From positions 1 through 55,845 of the IMG/VR virus record IMGVR_UViG_3300025674_007203: a stretch of 55,845 bases of DNA. One strand, given 5' to 3'. Every line of letters starts with the position of its first letter. Position 1 is the stretch's first letter. The stretch is from a virus. Lineage: Duplodnaviria; Caudoviricetes. The position numbers and the translations under genes are program-made. The notes beneath the pieces were generated by a model. It was given only the letters and a program-made list of their open reading frames with translations, ran no database searches and was not told the DNA's origin. Shown here one piece after another: positions 28,801 to 38,818 of the stretch.

Positions 28801-29172
28801 ATGGCACTAGAGAAAGAAGACATAATGGCATTGATCGCTATTTTGCAAAAAGGCTTGACAGATGAAGAATCTGATGTAGAATACGAAGAACCAAAGAAAC
28901 AAAAGAAATCTAGAGGTAGACCAAAGAAATCTTCAAAGAAAGAACAAAAGCTAAACAAATTTGATAGTATGCCAGAAAAAAATATGCACAAGCAGGATAC
29001 TATTATTGACAAAAAACTATGGGGAGACAACAAACCAACAGAAAGAACTAGAAGTTTTCAAACTGTGAGTGTTAGATGTAGAATATGTGGTAAAGCAGAA
29101 GACGTAAATCCTTCTTTGATTGATAGTGTAGAAAGATACAAGTGTAATAAATGTGCAACAGTTTCAGGTTAG
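28801..29172 (+). CDS. hypothetical zinc-finger protein
   Basis: RGRPKK basic tract, CRICG...CNKC. Confidence 0.75.
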   Translation: MALEKEDIMALIAILQKGLTDEESDVEYEEPKKQKKSRGRPKKSSKKEQKLNKFDSMPEKNMHKQDTIIDKKLWGDNKPTERTRSFQTVSVRCRICGKAEDVNPSLIDSVERYKCNKCATVSG

Positions 29173-29175
29173 AAT

Positions 29176-30621
29176 ATGTTAAATGATCCATCAGCAGAGA
29201 GAGCGGTACTTGCAGGTATTTTTTCTTATGGAGAAAATGCATATTTAGAAGTTTCAGACATCATTACAGAATCTACATTTACTATTGATAGTAATGTGAT
29301 TATTTATAAGTGTCTTAAACATTTGTGTGACAGCAATTCTGAAGTTGATATTGCTTCTGTGTATTCTGTGGCAGAAGAACTAGGTGTTTCCTCTATCTTG
29401 CAAAAAAAGCAAGAAGCACAACACCTAAAAGCGGTCGTAGATTTTCCTGTAAGTTTTTCTAATCTTAGAAAGTTTGCTGGCAAAATTAGAAAGCTAGAAA
29501 TAGCAAGACTTTTAAGAAAACAACTGGAACTAGCACAAGATAAACTATTAGATATAAATGGATCTGAATCCATAGGATCAATTCTTGCTGTAGCAGAAGA
29601 CACTGTTTTTAATTTTACTAATCTGCTTAATGATAACGATGAGGCTCCTCATCATATTGCTAGTGATCTAGAAGAATACATCAAGGAACTAGAAGAAAAT
29701 CCTATTGATCAAGTTGGTATTCCTACTGGTTTTCCCATATATGACCATGCTATTGGTGGAGGTTTAAGAAAAGGTACTGTAAATGTGATAGGAGCAAGAC
29801 CTAAAACTGGTAAAACTTTATTGTCTGATAATATGGGATATCATATAGCGTCTCAAGGTATTCCTGTGCTAAATATGGATACAGAAATGGCTAAACAAGA
29901 TCATATCCATAGAGTTTTAGCAATGATGACCGAAACAGAAATTAATGATATTGAAACTGGTAAATTTGCTGACAATCCAGATAAATATACAAAGATTCAG
30001 AATGCTGTGCAAAAACTTAAAAATACGAATATATTCTACAAAAGTATTGCCGGTAAACCATTTGAAGATCAACTAAGCATTATGAAACGATGGCTGGTTA
30101 AAGAAGTAGGATTAAATGATGACGGAACAGCAAAAGATTGTGTTATCTTTTATGATTACCTAAAGCTGATGGACACAGCAGGCATGAGTCAAGACCTTAA
30201 AGAATATCAGCTCTTAGGCTTTATGATGACACAGTTGCACAATTTTGCGGTCAAGTTTAAAGTTCCTATAGTAGCCTTCATCCAATTAAATAGAGACGGC
30301 ATAACTAAAGAAACCACAGACTCAGCAAGTGGTTCTGACAGAATTATCTGGTTGTGTTCTAACTTCACGATCTTTAAGAGAAAGAGCGACGAAGAAATAG
30401 CAGAAGATGGAGCAACAAACGGAAATAGAAAATTAGTACCTCTAATCGCTAGGCATGGCGGAGGCTTGGATGATAACGACTATATTAACTGCAATATGAA
30501 GGGTTGGTGTGCAAAAATTACGGAAGGTAAAACTAGATTAGAATTGGTTAATAATACTCAAGACAAAGAAGAAGGATTTATTGTTGATGAAAACGATGAA
30601 GAAATCATCCCGTTCAATTGA
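29176..30621 (+). CDS. dnaB: replicative DNA helicase
   Basis: AERAVLA, GIPTGF, GARPKTGKT, DTEM, DYLKLM, QLNR. Confidence 0.93.
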   Translation: MLNDPSAERAVLAGIFSYGENAYLEVSDIITESTFTIDSNVIIYKCLKHLCDSNSEVDIASVYSVAEELGVSSILQKKQEAQHLKAVVDFPVSFSNLRKFAGKIRKLEIARLLRKQLELAQDKLLDINGSESIGSILAVAEDTVFNFTNLLNDNDEAPHHIASDLEEYIKELEENPIDQVGIPTGFPIYDHAIGGGLRKGTVNVIGARPKTGKTLLSDNMGYHIASQGIPVLNMDTEMAKQDHIHRVLAMMTETEINDIETGKFADNPDKYTKIQNAVQKLKNTNIFYKSIAGKPFEDQLSIMKRWLVKEVGLNDDGTAKDCVIFYDYLKLMDTAGMSQDLKEYQLLGFMMTQLHNFAVKFKVPIVAFIQLNRDGITKETTDSASGSDRIIWLCSNFTIFKRKSDEEIAEDGATNGNRKLVPLIARHGGGLDDNDYINCNMKGWCAKITEGKTRLELVNNTQDKEEGFIVDENDEEIIPFN

Positions 30622-31744
30622 TCAAACAAAACTGAAAATTCTATGCGACATAGCTTGCGACGATATAGATTCTCTGTTGGAATATTTCGATATTGAATTT
30701 AAAAATAACGGAAAAATGATTACTATGTCTTGTCCAATTCATGGCGGAGACAATGCTTCTGCTGTTAATTTATATCCAGAAGGAGAAACTTATAGAGGCA
30801 ATTGGAAATGCAGAACACATAACTGCGAAAAATATTTCAAGTCTTCTATCATAGGTTTTGTTAGAGGGGTATTAAGCCATCAAAAATATAATTGGGAAAA
30901 ATCTGGAGATAGATTTGTTAGTTTTCAAGAAGCGCTAGATTTTCTGACTAATTTTACAAATAAAGACCTTAGTAATATCCATGTGTCTAATGCTGATAGA
31001 AATAAACAAAACTTTACAAGTGTAATAAATTATGTTAATCAAAAACAAGCGGAAATAGAATCTAAAGTTACCAGAAAACATGTATTAAATTCTTTGAACA
31101 TCCCGTCTCGCTATTTTATAGACAGAGGGTATTCAACAGAAGTACTGAATAAATATGATGTAGGTCTTTGTAATAATCCTAAAAAGCCTATGTATTCTAG
31201 GGCTGTTGTGCCTATATATGATAATGATCATAAATATTTAATTGGTTCCTCTGGAAGAAGCATATTTCCGTGTTGTGAAGATTGTGGTGCATATCACAAT
31301 CCAAGTGCTGCATGTCCTAGTGAAGAAAATAGATGGAGATATAGCAAATGGAAACATAGCGCTGACTTCAAATCACAAAATGCTCTTTACAATTTCTGGT
31401 TTGCTAAAAAACACATACTAGATTCAGGGGTTGCAATAATTGTAGAAAGTCCTGGCAATGTTTGGAGGTTAGAAGAAAGCGGCATTCACAATAGTGTCGG
31501 TATTTTTGGGTCTTCTTTGAGTGATAGACAAAAAGTGCTACTAGATAGTAGTGGAGCTATGAATCTTGTGATTCTAACAGATAATGATGAGGCAGGTAAA
31601 AAAGCTTCGGAGCAGATAAAAGATAAATGCAAAAACACATATAGAATTTATCAACCAACAATAGAAGCTAATGACATTGGCGAAATGAGCATAGAAGAAA
31701 TTAATAATCAAATTAGACCATTACTGGAGAAGATACAATTATGA
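30587..31744 (+). CDS. dnaG: DNA primase
   Basis: Zn finger CPIHGGDN...C..HNC; Toprim IIVES and TDNDEAG; DIGEM. Confidence 0.88.
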   Translation: MKTMKKSSRSIDQTKLKILCDIACDDIDSLLEYFDIEFKNNGKMITMSCPIHGGDNASAVNLYPEGETYRGNWKCRTHNCEKYFKSSIIGFVRGVLSHQKYNWEKSGDRFVSFQEALDFLTNFTNKDLSNIHVSNADRNKQNFTSVINYVNQKQAEIESKVTRKHVLNSLNIPSRYFIDRGYSTEVLNKYDVGLCNNPKKPMYSRAVVPIYDNDHKYLIGSSGRSIFPCCEDCGAYHNPSAACPSEENRWRYSKWKHSADFKSQNALYNFWFAKKHILDSGVAIIVESPGNVWRLEESGIHNSVGIFGSSLSDRQKVLLDSSGAMNLVILTDNDEAGKKASEQIKDKCKNTYRIYQPTIEANDIGEMSIEEINNQIRPLLEKIQL

Positions 31745-32328
31745 CAAAAATAGTTTGTTTTGCAGGACGAAAGCAATCTGGTAAGACCACACTTTGCAAT
31801 CAAGTTGTAAACCTTATTTATGACCTAGAAAAACATGAAGGCTATTCAACTATCTATAATTTTGCTGATCCTCTTAAAGATATTTGTATAAATATTCTTG
31901 GTCTTACATTTGATCAGTGCTATGGAAATGATCAACAAAAGAACGAACTAGTAAACTGTTTTAGGCATGGTGCTCAGATGACTGCTAGGGAAGTTTTACA
32001 AGTTGTTGGTACTGACTTTTTAAGAAGTATTCAACATAATGTGTGGGCCGATGCTACTATTCGTAAAATTCAAAAAGACAATCCTTCTATTGCTTTGATT
32101 GGAGACTGTAGATTTCCTAATGAAGTAGAAGCAGTGAAAAAAGCTGGTGGTACTGTTATAAAACTCACAAGGAATGTTTATAATTCAGATCATGCTAGTG
32201 AAACAGCATTAGACCCAGAAAATTATGATCATTCTAATTTTGATTTGGTAGTAGATAATGAGCATTTAACTATTGAAGAACAATGGCGAGTGGTTATCAC
32301 ATATCTATTACAGAACAAGAGACTATGA
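31741..32328 (+). CDS. deoxynucleoside monophosphate kinase
   Basis: GRKQSGKTT, FADPLKD, REVLQVVGTD, DCRFPNE, HASET. Confidence 0.88.
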   Translation: MTKIVCFAGRKQSGKTTLCNQVVNLIYDLEKHEGYSTIYNFADPLKDICINILGLTFDQCYGNDQQKNELVNCFRHGAQMTAREVLQVVGTDFLRSIQHNVWADATIRKIQKDNPSIALIGDCRFPNEVEAVKKAGGTVIKLTRNVYNSDHASETALDPENYDHSNFDLVVDNEHLTIEEQWRVVITYLLQNKRL

Positions 32329-33347
32329 TAATAACCTACCTAAGAAGCTCAAGTTATGGTACGCACTGTATGTGCGAGCAACAATATTTTATCGAATATA
32401 ATCTGGGCTTGAGATCTCCATCTAACCAAAAAGCTGATAAAGGAACAATTGTTCACAAGGTTATGGAAATTCTTGCAGATATTTCTGTAGCAGCAGCTGA
32501 GGGTGAAATGTTTATCACCGATGAAATGTGCGGAGAAATAAATACTATAGACCATGATGTTAATAAAATAACAGAGCAAGTTTATGAATATTATACTAGC
32601 AGATTCACTCACCATCAATGGAAACCTCTGGATTTGAAGCATTGTAAGCAATGGGTGGAAAAAGCGATTACAGTTCAGAATGGGAATTTTGACCCAAGAA
32701 ATCAGAAGATCATTCAGCCAGAACAAAGATTTGACATTGAGATTAAAAAGCCTTGGGCATATTATGATTATGGAGAAGACCTAAAAGGATATTTAGCAAT
32801 CAAAGGTACTATTGATCTTATCGCTCAACCAAATGAGAATACTATTGAGATTATTGATTACAAAACTGGCAAAAGATTAGATTGGGCGAGTGGAGAAATA
32901 AAAACTTTTACTAAATTAGAAAAAGACCCACAATTAAGAATGTATCATTATGCGGCTAGTATGTTGTATCCTGAAATAGATCACATAATTGTTAGTATAT
33001 ATTTTATTAACGATGGCGGTATTTTTAGTATGAACTATAATAAAGATCAGTTACCAGAAACTGAGAATATGATTCGTCGTAAATTCCAAGAGATCAAATC
33101 CTGCAAAAGACCAAGACTCAACAAATCATGGAAATGCACCAAATTGTGTCATTTTGGCAAAAACTATTTTCCAAATGCTATTGTAGAATATAGAGATAAT
33201 CAAAGAACTCCTCATGGTTGTCCAATGACAATGTGCGAACAAATAAAACACGCTATTGATGTAGCGGGAATGGATGGGGCTATTGACAAGTACCAGAAGC
33301 CGGGCTATAATGTTGGTATCTACAAAGCCCCAGGAAGCACAGAATGA
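32325..33347 (+). CDS. PD-(D/E)xK exonuclease (AddB/Cas4-like)
   Basis: GTIVH, GTIDLI, IIDYKTG, QLRMY, Cys residues at both ends. Confidence 0.85.
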   Translation: MIITYLRSSSYGTHCMCEQQYFIEYNLGLRSPSNQKADKGTIVHKVMEILADISVAAAEGEMFITDEMCGEINTIDHDVNKITEQVYEYYTSRFTHHQWKPLDLKHCKQWVEKAITVQNGNFDPRNQKIIQPEQRFDIEIKKPWAYYDYGEDLKGYLAIKGTIDLIAQPNENTIEIIDYKTGKRLDWASGEIKTFTKLEKDPQLRMYHYAASMLYPEIDHIIVSIYFINDGGIFSMNYNKDQLPETENMIRRKFQEIKSCKRPRLNKSWKCTKLCHFGKNYFPNAIVEYRDNQRTPHGCPMTMCEQIKHAIDVAGMDGAIDKYQKPGYNVGIYKAPGSTE

Positions 33348-35224
33348 AAAATTATATCCCGCTCCATTGTCATAGTCACTATAGTTTGCTTGATGGTCTA
33401 TCACAGCCTAAGCAAATAGCACAAAGATGTCTAGAAATAGAAACAACTGCATGTGCATTGACAGATCATGGCAATATAGCTGGTCATGTGCAATTTCATA
33501 AGACTATGAAAAACAGCGGCATCAAACCTATTCTTGGGTGTGAGCTTTATATTTGCGAAAACAATCCAACTATTAAAGAGAAAGAAAACAGCAAACTTTC
33601 TCATATGCTGGTTCTAGCTAAAAACTATCAGGGCTGGCTCGATCTCATTAAGTTAGTCAGCGAATCAAATAAACCAGAACATTATTATCATAAGCCAAGG
33701 TTAGATCTTGAAACATTATCAACTTTCGTTAAAAACAATCTTATATGTATTACTGGTCATCTTGGCTCTACCCTTTCTAATGCAATTTGTAGAGAAGATA
33801 AGATTATTAGTGACTATTCAAATGTTGGAGTGGCCTATGTAGATAGGCTGAAAGAAGCATTTGGAAAAGAAAATATTTTCTTAGAATCACAACTAATGGA
33901 TCAAGAAAATAATCCTATTCAAAAAGAACTTTCTGGTGCTATTGAGGATATTGCTCATAAATGTGGAGTTAGAGTTATATGCACTCCAGATGCTCATTAT
34001 ACTAGAAAACAAGACGCAGATGACCAAAGAATTCTTCTGTGCAATAATCTTAAAACTACACTACCAGAGATTAGTAGAAAATTGACAAATGGAGAAAAAG
34101 TTCCAGTTGAATGTTTTTTCTCTTCGAACAATTTCCATATACTATCTCAAGAAGAAATAAACAACTTACATAAGCAAGAACATATTGATAATACTAATCT
34201 TGTTAATGATATGATCGAAGAGTATGATATTCTTAGCAAACCAAAACTTCCTCCGTTTAAATGTCCAGATGGATATAATCCTGATGAATATCTAAGACAA
34301 TTGTGTAGAGACGGATGGAGGGAAAAAATCCAAGGACAAGTAGATAAAACTCTACATCCTGACTATACAAATAGAATTAAATATGAATTAGATGTTTTGC
34401 AAGGGGCGGATTTGTCGAGTTATTTTCTTATAGTACAGGATATAGTTAATCATGTTAGAGAAGAACAGTGGCTGCCAGGACCAGGAAGAGGATCGGCTGC
34501 AGGATGTTTGGTATCATATCTTATCGGCATTACAAGCATCGACCCTATCAAGTACAATCTTTTGTTTGATCGTTTTTATAATGCTGGTCGGAATACTGCC
34601 GATCATATATCTATGCCAGATATCGACGTTGATGTTCCAATTGACAAAAGAGAAAGTATTATTGAATACATTAAAAATAGATACGGCAAGGACAAAGTGA
34701 GCCAGATGATTACGTTTAATACTATCAAGGGTAGAGGAGCATTAAAAGATGTTCTCAGAGTTTATGGTAATATTAGTTTTGATGAAATGAACAAGATCAC
34801 AAAGAATATTCCAGATGAAGCAAAAATTTCAGATGAATTACAGCAAATGAAAGAAGACACAGGAGAAGCATCTATTATTCGCTGGGCTCTTGAAAATAAT
34901 TCTGATAAACTAAAAGAATGGTGTTATATTGATGAAAATAATGAATTACAGGGTCCACTTGCCAAAAGATTTGAACAAGCTATTAGATTAGAAGGAACAA
35001 AGTCAAACCAAAGTAAACATGCAGCCGGAATAGCCATTAGTTCGGAACCTCTGCATGAAACCTGCCCAATGGTTTACGACACAAAAAACAAACAAACTAT
35101 TGCTGGAATGGAAATGCAAGACTTAGAAAGTATTGGAGTTATTAAGTTTGATATTCTTGGAATTGCTATGTTAGATAAGATTATGAATATTTCAAATATT
35201 TTAAAAGAAGGAGTAGAAAAATGA
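33344..35224 (+). CDS. dnaE: DNA polymerase III alpha, N-terminal subunit (PHP, palm, thumb)
   Basis: HCHSHYSLLDG, TDHGN, DAHY, GRGSAAG, MPDIDVD, HAAG, KFDILG; ends about 20 aa after KFD. Confidence 0.95.
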   Translation: MKNYIPLHCHSHYSLLDGLSQPKQIAQRCLEIETTACALTDHGNIAGHVQFHKTMKNSGIKPILGCELYICENNPTIKEKENSKLSHMLVLAKNYQGWLDLIKLVSESNKPEHYYHKPRLDLETLSTFVKNNLICITGHLGSTLSNAICREDKIISDYSNVGVAYVDRLKEAFGKENIFLESQLMDQENNPIQKELSGAIEDIAHKCGVRVICTPDAHYTRKQDADDQRILLCNNLKTTLPEISRKLTNGEKVPVECFFSSNNFHILSQEEINNLHKQEHIDNTNLVNDMIEEYDILSKPKLPPFKCPDGYNPDEYLRQLCRDGWREKIQGQVDKTLHPDYTNRIKYELDVLQGADLSSYFLIVQDIVNHVREEQWLPGPGRGSAAGCLVSYLIGITSIDPIKYNLLFDRFYNAGRNTADHISMPDIDVDVPIDKRESIIEYIKNRYGKDKVSQMITFNTIKGRGALKDVLRVYGNISFDEMNKITKNIPDEAKISDELQQMKEDTGEASIIRWALENNSDKLKEWCYIDENNELQGPLAKRFEQAIRLEGTKSNQSKHAAGIAISSEPLHETCPMVYDTKNKQTIAGMEMQDLESIGVIKFDILGIAMLDKIMNISNILKEGVEK

Positions 35225-35403
35225 GCAATGCAGCATTTGCAACTGTTAATGTTGGTGATGTTTTTACATATAATGGAGAACAATGGACCAAAACAGAGAA
35301 GGTAAAAATCAGCTGTTGTCGATTTAACAATGCGGTATCTGTAAATGATCCTAAAAAGAAAATTGGAGTTAAAGACAACGAATCTGTAGAGGTATCTAAC
35401 TAA
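35221..35403 (+). CDS. small hypothetical protein
   Basis: ATGA and TAATG coupling, AGGAG RBS. Confidence 0.7.
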   Translation: MSNAAFATVNVGDVFTYNGEQWTKTEKVKISCCRFNNAVSVNDPKKKIGVKDNESVEVSN

Positions 35404-36086
35404 TGAACTATAATAAAATTTGCGTATTTGACTTTGAAACAGATGGTAGCAAACCACAGGAGTGTAGTCCTGTGCAACTTGCTGCCATCATGGTTGATCC
35501 GATCAATTTGGAAATTATACCAAACTCAGAATTTAGTTGTAACTTTAAGCCAGAGGTTATGGAGAAAGACCCAGAGTATGAATACACTACAGATATTCTG
35601 GATTTTCATGCCAAGGTCAAAGGCTGCTCAAAGGATGAAGTTTATGCAGAGTGGCAGAATTATCCAAACCAAAAAGTATCTTGGAAAATGTTTGTTGATT
35701 ATTTAGATAAATATCATACTAGAAATAGTAAAAAGAGTCAGTTCTCTGCTCCAATTGCTGCTGGTTATAATATCTATAGATTCGATCTGCATATTATTGA
35801 TAGACTTAGCAGAAAGAATAAGAATACCAACAAAGAAGGGAATAGTAATATATTTTTCCCTAGAGATGTTATTGATATGATAAATCTGGTATTCTATTGG
35901 TTTAACCATAACAATGAGCTAAAAAGTTATAAACTGGATACTTTAAGAGATTATTTTGGTATCACCAAAGACGGGGCTCATGATGCTATTAAAGATGTTA
36001 AGGATACAGCAGATATTCTTATCAGATTTATGAAATTACATAGAACTTTATCAGAAAAAATTAAGTTTAAAGGAGCGTTTAGGTGA
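35403..36086 (+). CDS. DEDDh 3'-5' exonuclease (Pol III epsilon-like)
   Basis: DFETDG, GYNIYRFD, AHDAIKD. Confidence 0.88.
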   Translation: MNYNKICVFDFETDGSKPQECSPVQLAAIMVDPINLEIIPNSEFSCNFKPEVMEKDPEYEYTTDILDFHAKVKGCSKDEVYAEWQNYPNQKVSWKMFVDYLDKYHTRNSKKSQFSAPIAAGYNIYRFDLHIIDRLSRKNKNTNKEGNSNIFFPRDVIDMINLVFYWFNHNNELKSYKLDTLRDYFGITKDGAHDAIKDVKDTADILIRFMKLHRTLSEKIKFKGAFR

Positions 36087-36511
36087 GTAAAAAACTTGTA
36101 GTCAAAACAATAGCAAGAACACTGGTATATCAATTCTTGTTGTTGTGGGCTGGATTTTCTGTTGGTTTTATGCTTAATGCAGAATATTGGGGTAATCGCG
36201 CTCCTATTGTTAAAAGATCTATAGGCCATATTTTTTGGCCTAAAGCATATGATAAAAACGTAGAAGAGTTTTGTGTTAGTATTGGTAGATCCAGAATATT
36301 TTTTGAAACATCAACAGACTGTCCAGGTTTTACTGATCTCAAGATTATAGAAGACCGTATGGCATCTGATGAATGGTATTCTGCAAAGTATCAGTATAAA
36401 AATGAACAGGGCAAACTAGTTCAAGTCGATAATTATACCACTAAAGTTAATTGGAAACCTTGGGAATTAGATTATCCACAACCAGATGAAGAAACGATGG
36501 AAGGAAAATAA
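36083..36511 (+). CDS. membrane-anchored hypothetical protein
   Basis: GTGA overlap, N-terminal TM helix. Confidence 0.7.
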   Translation: MSKKLVVKTIARTLVYQFLLLWAGFSVGFMLNAEYWGNRAPIVKRSIGHIFWPKAYDKNVEEFCVSIGRSRIFFETSTDCPGFTDLKIIEDRMASDEWYSAKYQYKNEQGKLVQVDNYTTKVNWKPWELDYPQPDEETMEGK

Positions 36512-37212
36512 TGAAAGATACATTTGATTGGGGACTATTAGCGAAGACAGAAGATAATTGGTTTCAAAGAGCAATAGAAGATGAAATTTTTAACTTAAAA
36601 ATATACGAAAAATTTTTTACTGTGGAACCAGGAGATGTTGTTTTTGACATAGGAGCAAGTGTTGGTCCTTTTACTCACAGTGTCAGAAATAATCAAGCCA
36701 AAGCAATTTACTGTTTTGAACCACACCCAGAACTATTTAAGACTTTATGTAGAAATGTATCCAAAGAAGGAGTATACTGCATAAACAAAGCAATATTAGA
36801 TAAAGACGGTGAACAATATACTCATGGATTATTTAATCCTGAATTAGGGGGTATGAAATTAGAAGAAAACTATAAGCTAGTTCCTTCAACATCATTTCAA
36901 ACTTTTATAGAAAAAAATGCAATTGATCAAATTGATTTCTTAAAGATTGATGCGGAAGGTGGGGAATATGATATATTTACAGAAGAAAATTTTGAATGGA
37001 TAAGAAACAATGTTAAAAAGATTGTAGGCGAATGGCATTTAGTGGACGAAGAACAAAAATCTCAATTCAAGAAATTTAGAGACTTATATCTCAGGCACTT
37101 GACAAGATTTGAAGTCTATGCTATAAATGACATAGACATCAAAGATAATTTGTGGACAGATGAGTGGATTGATTTTTACGGAATTATTACCCTCTATATA
37201 GACAATAGATAA
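36511..37212 (+). CDS. FkbM-family methyltransferase
   Basis: DIGASVG, FEPHP, IDFLKIDAEGGE. Confidence 0.9.
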   Translation: MKDTFDWGLLAKTEDNWFQRAIEDEIFNLKIYEKFFTVEPGDVVFDIGASVGPFTHSVRNNQAKAIYCFEPHPELFKTLCRNVSKEGVYCINKAILDKDGEQYTHGLFNPELGGMKLEENYKLVPSTSFQTFIEKNAIDQIDFLKIDAEGGEYDIFTEENFEWIRNNVKKIVGEWHLVDEEQKSQFKKFRDLYLRHLTRFEVYAINDIDIKDNLWTDEWIDFYGIITLYIDNR

Positions 37213-37223
37213 GAAGATCCTTC

Positions 37224-37278
37224 CTAACACAATTCTAACAAAAAATCCTTTGTTTCAGCTGTGCCGGATGGGTATAAT
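37224..37278 (+). promoter_or_regulatory. promoter with 11-bp-period direct repeat (possible OmpR/PhoB-type box)
   Basis: CTAACA at 37224 and 37235, weak -35 TTGTTT at 37250, 17 bp spacer, TATAAT at 37273. Confidence 0.45.
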
Positions 37279-37320
37279 AAAGTGCCAGGCTACTATAACC
37301 CACCCTAACCGGAGAAAAAA

Positions 37321-38304
37321 ATGAAGAAAAAAGGATTTACTTTAGTCGAACTACTGGTCGTTATTGCTATTATCGGAGTTCTTGTTGGATTGCTATTACC
37401 AGCAGTTCAGTCAGCAAGAGAAGCAGCAAGACGAGCAAACTGTATGAGCAACATGAGACAGTTTGGTTTGGCCGCACACAATCTTGAAAATAGCACTCAA
37501 AAGTTCCCAGCAGCATGTTGGACTATTGATACTATTGATCCTTCCGTAACCCCAATTGCTCCTTCAGATAATAGAGCAAGAACAGAACGATCATGGAGAG
37601 TTGATCTTTTATCATACATGGAAGAATCAGCACTAGCAGATACTTATGATAAGAATTTACATTGGTGGGAAGGTCCAAACCTTTTTGTAGCACAACAACA
37701 AGTCAAAGTATTTCAATGTCCTTCTAATACTTACAACGGAGAAGAGTGGACTAATTTTCCAGACGGCCCATCAAGAGACTCGGACTCTACTGCACCAGCA
37801 CTAAACACTGGTGTGCCTTTTGGTCGTACAGACTATGAAGTATTTACTGGAGTAAAGAATAAGGTTCTTGATCCAGATCCATATGCTAACAAGGGACCAG
37901 AAGCAGATGGTGCTCTAATTAAAGATCGTGTTACTATGATGGGTCAGTTTAGAGACGGAACAAGTAAGACTTTTCTTGTGGTAGAATGTGCTTCAAGGCC
38001 AAGTTGGGTTAAGGGTACTCCCGCACAAATTGTTCCAGACGTTATTAATCAGTGTCTTGGTTGGGCAGATAGCCTTGGTCCATTCAAGCTTCATCCTATT
38101 GATGCTAATGGCGATAAAGGTGCTGCTAGAAACATGGGTCATCCTATGAACAAGACCAATAATGGCGAGGCATTTTCTTGGCATCCTGGCGGTATGAATG
38201 TAACCAGAACAGATGGTTCAACTGCCTATGTTAATGAGGATATTGATCTAAGAGTATTCGCTGCGCTAATTACCCGTGCGGGAGGGGAAGTCACCCAAGA
38301 GTAA
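37321..38304 (+). CDS. DUF1559 prepilin-type protein (Planctomycete family)
   Basis: GFTLVELLVVIAIIGVLVGLLLPAVQSAREAARR, FQCPS, DGTSKT, C-terminal H-X9-DG (HPGGMNVTRTDG). Confidence 0.95.
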   Translation: MKKKGFTLVELLVVIAIIGVLVGLLLPAVQSAREAARRANCMSNMRQFGLAAHNLENSTQKFPAACWTIDTIDPSVTPIAPSDNRARTERSWRVDLLSYMEESALADTYDKNLHWWEGPNLFVAQQQVKVFQCPSNTYNGEEWTNFPDGPSRDSDSTAPALNTGVPFGRTDYEVFTGVKNKVLDPDPYANKGPEADGALIKDRVTMMGQFRDGTSKTFLVVECASRPSWVKGTPAQIVPDVINQCLGWADSLGPFKLHPIDANGDKGAARNMGHPMNKTNNGEAFSWHPGGMNVTRTDGSTAYVNEDIDLRVFAALITRAGGEVTQE

Positions 38305-38399
38305 TGGGACTATATCTGTTTTTTATATTCTATCTTCTTCCCTTATCAGTAATTGCAGTATATATGATTATTGTAGGGGAGAGGATGAACAAAGATTAA
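38304..38399 (+). CDS. 31-aa single-TM peptide, absent from the ORF track
   Basis: TAATG overlap; MGLYLFFIFYLLPLSVIAVYMIIVGERMNKD; ends just before the terminator. Confidence 0.5.
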   Translation: MGLYLFFIFYLLPLSVIAVYMIIVGERMNKD

Positions 38400-38403
38400 A
38401 AAT

Positions 38404-38433
38404 AAGACCCTGGAGAAATCTGGGGTCTTGTTT
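38404..38433 (+). terminator. intrinsic terminator
   Basis: AAGACCCTGGA-GAAA-TCTGGGGTCTT then GTTT. Confidence 0.75.
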
Positions 38434-38442
38434 CTAAAGGAC

Positions 38443-38471
38443 TTGACAAGGGAACGTCAACAGCCTATAAT
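38443..38471 (+). promoter_or_regulatory. consensus sigma70 promoter
   Basis: TTGACA-17 bp-TATAAT. Confidence 0.9.
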
Positions 38472-38505
38472 GAGATGGTTCGATAACACTTAAAAGGAGT
38501 TTCTT

Positions 38506-38778
38506 ATGAAAAATGTTTTTCTAGCGTTTGTTTTGGTTCTCGTTGGTAGTACAGCATTTGCTGGTAGTTGTCCTTGTGAAAGGGCAGCAACAGTAACAAA
38601 GACCGTTGTTACAACCACAACGGAAGTTGTTAGAGCCCCAGTTCGCGTAGTTGGTGGTCTACGTTCAAGAGTAGCAGCACGACGAGCAGCAAGGCTTGAA
38701 GCAAGAGCAGCAAGGGCAGAAGCAGTAGCAGCATGTTGTCCAGCAGCAGGTTGTGAGTGTGAGCCAAAGGCCGAGTAA
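38506..38778 (+). CDS. small secreted Cys/Arg/Ala-rich protein
   Basis: AAGGAG RBS, signal peptide ending AFA, CPC...CC...CEC. Confidence 0.8.
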   Translation: MKNVFLAFVLVLVGSTAFAGSCPCERAATVTKTVVTTTTEVVRAPVRVVGGLRSRVAARRAARLEARAARAEAVAACCPAAGCECEPKAE

Positions 38779-38818
38779 TTAAAATGGTTGGGTGGGAGCC
38801 TTTAAATCCCACCAATTT

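Noticed and set aside
32325-33347. Cas4 or a CRISPR system
   Set aside because: No repeat-spacer array or other cas genes seen; such nucleases are common in phage replication modules.
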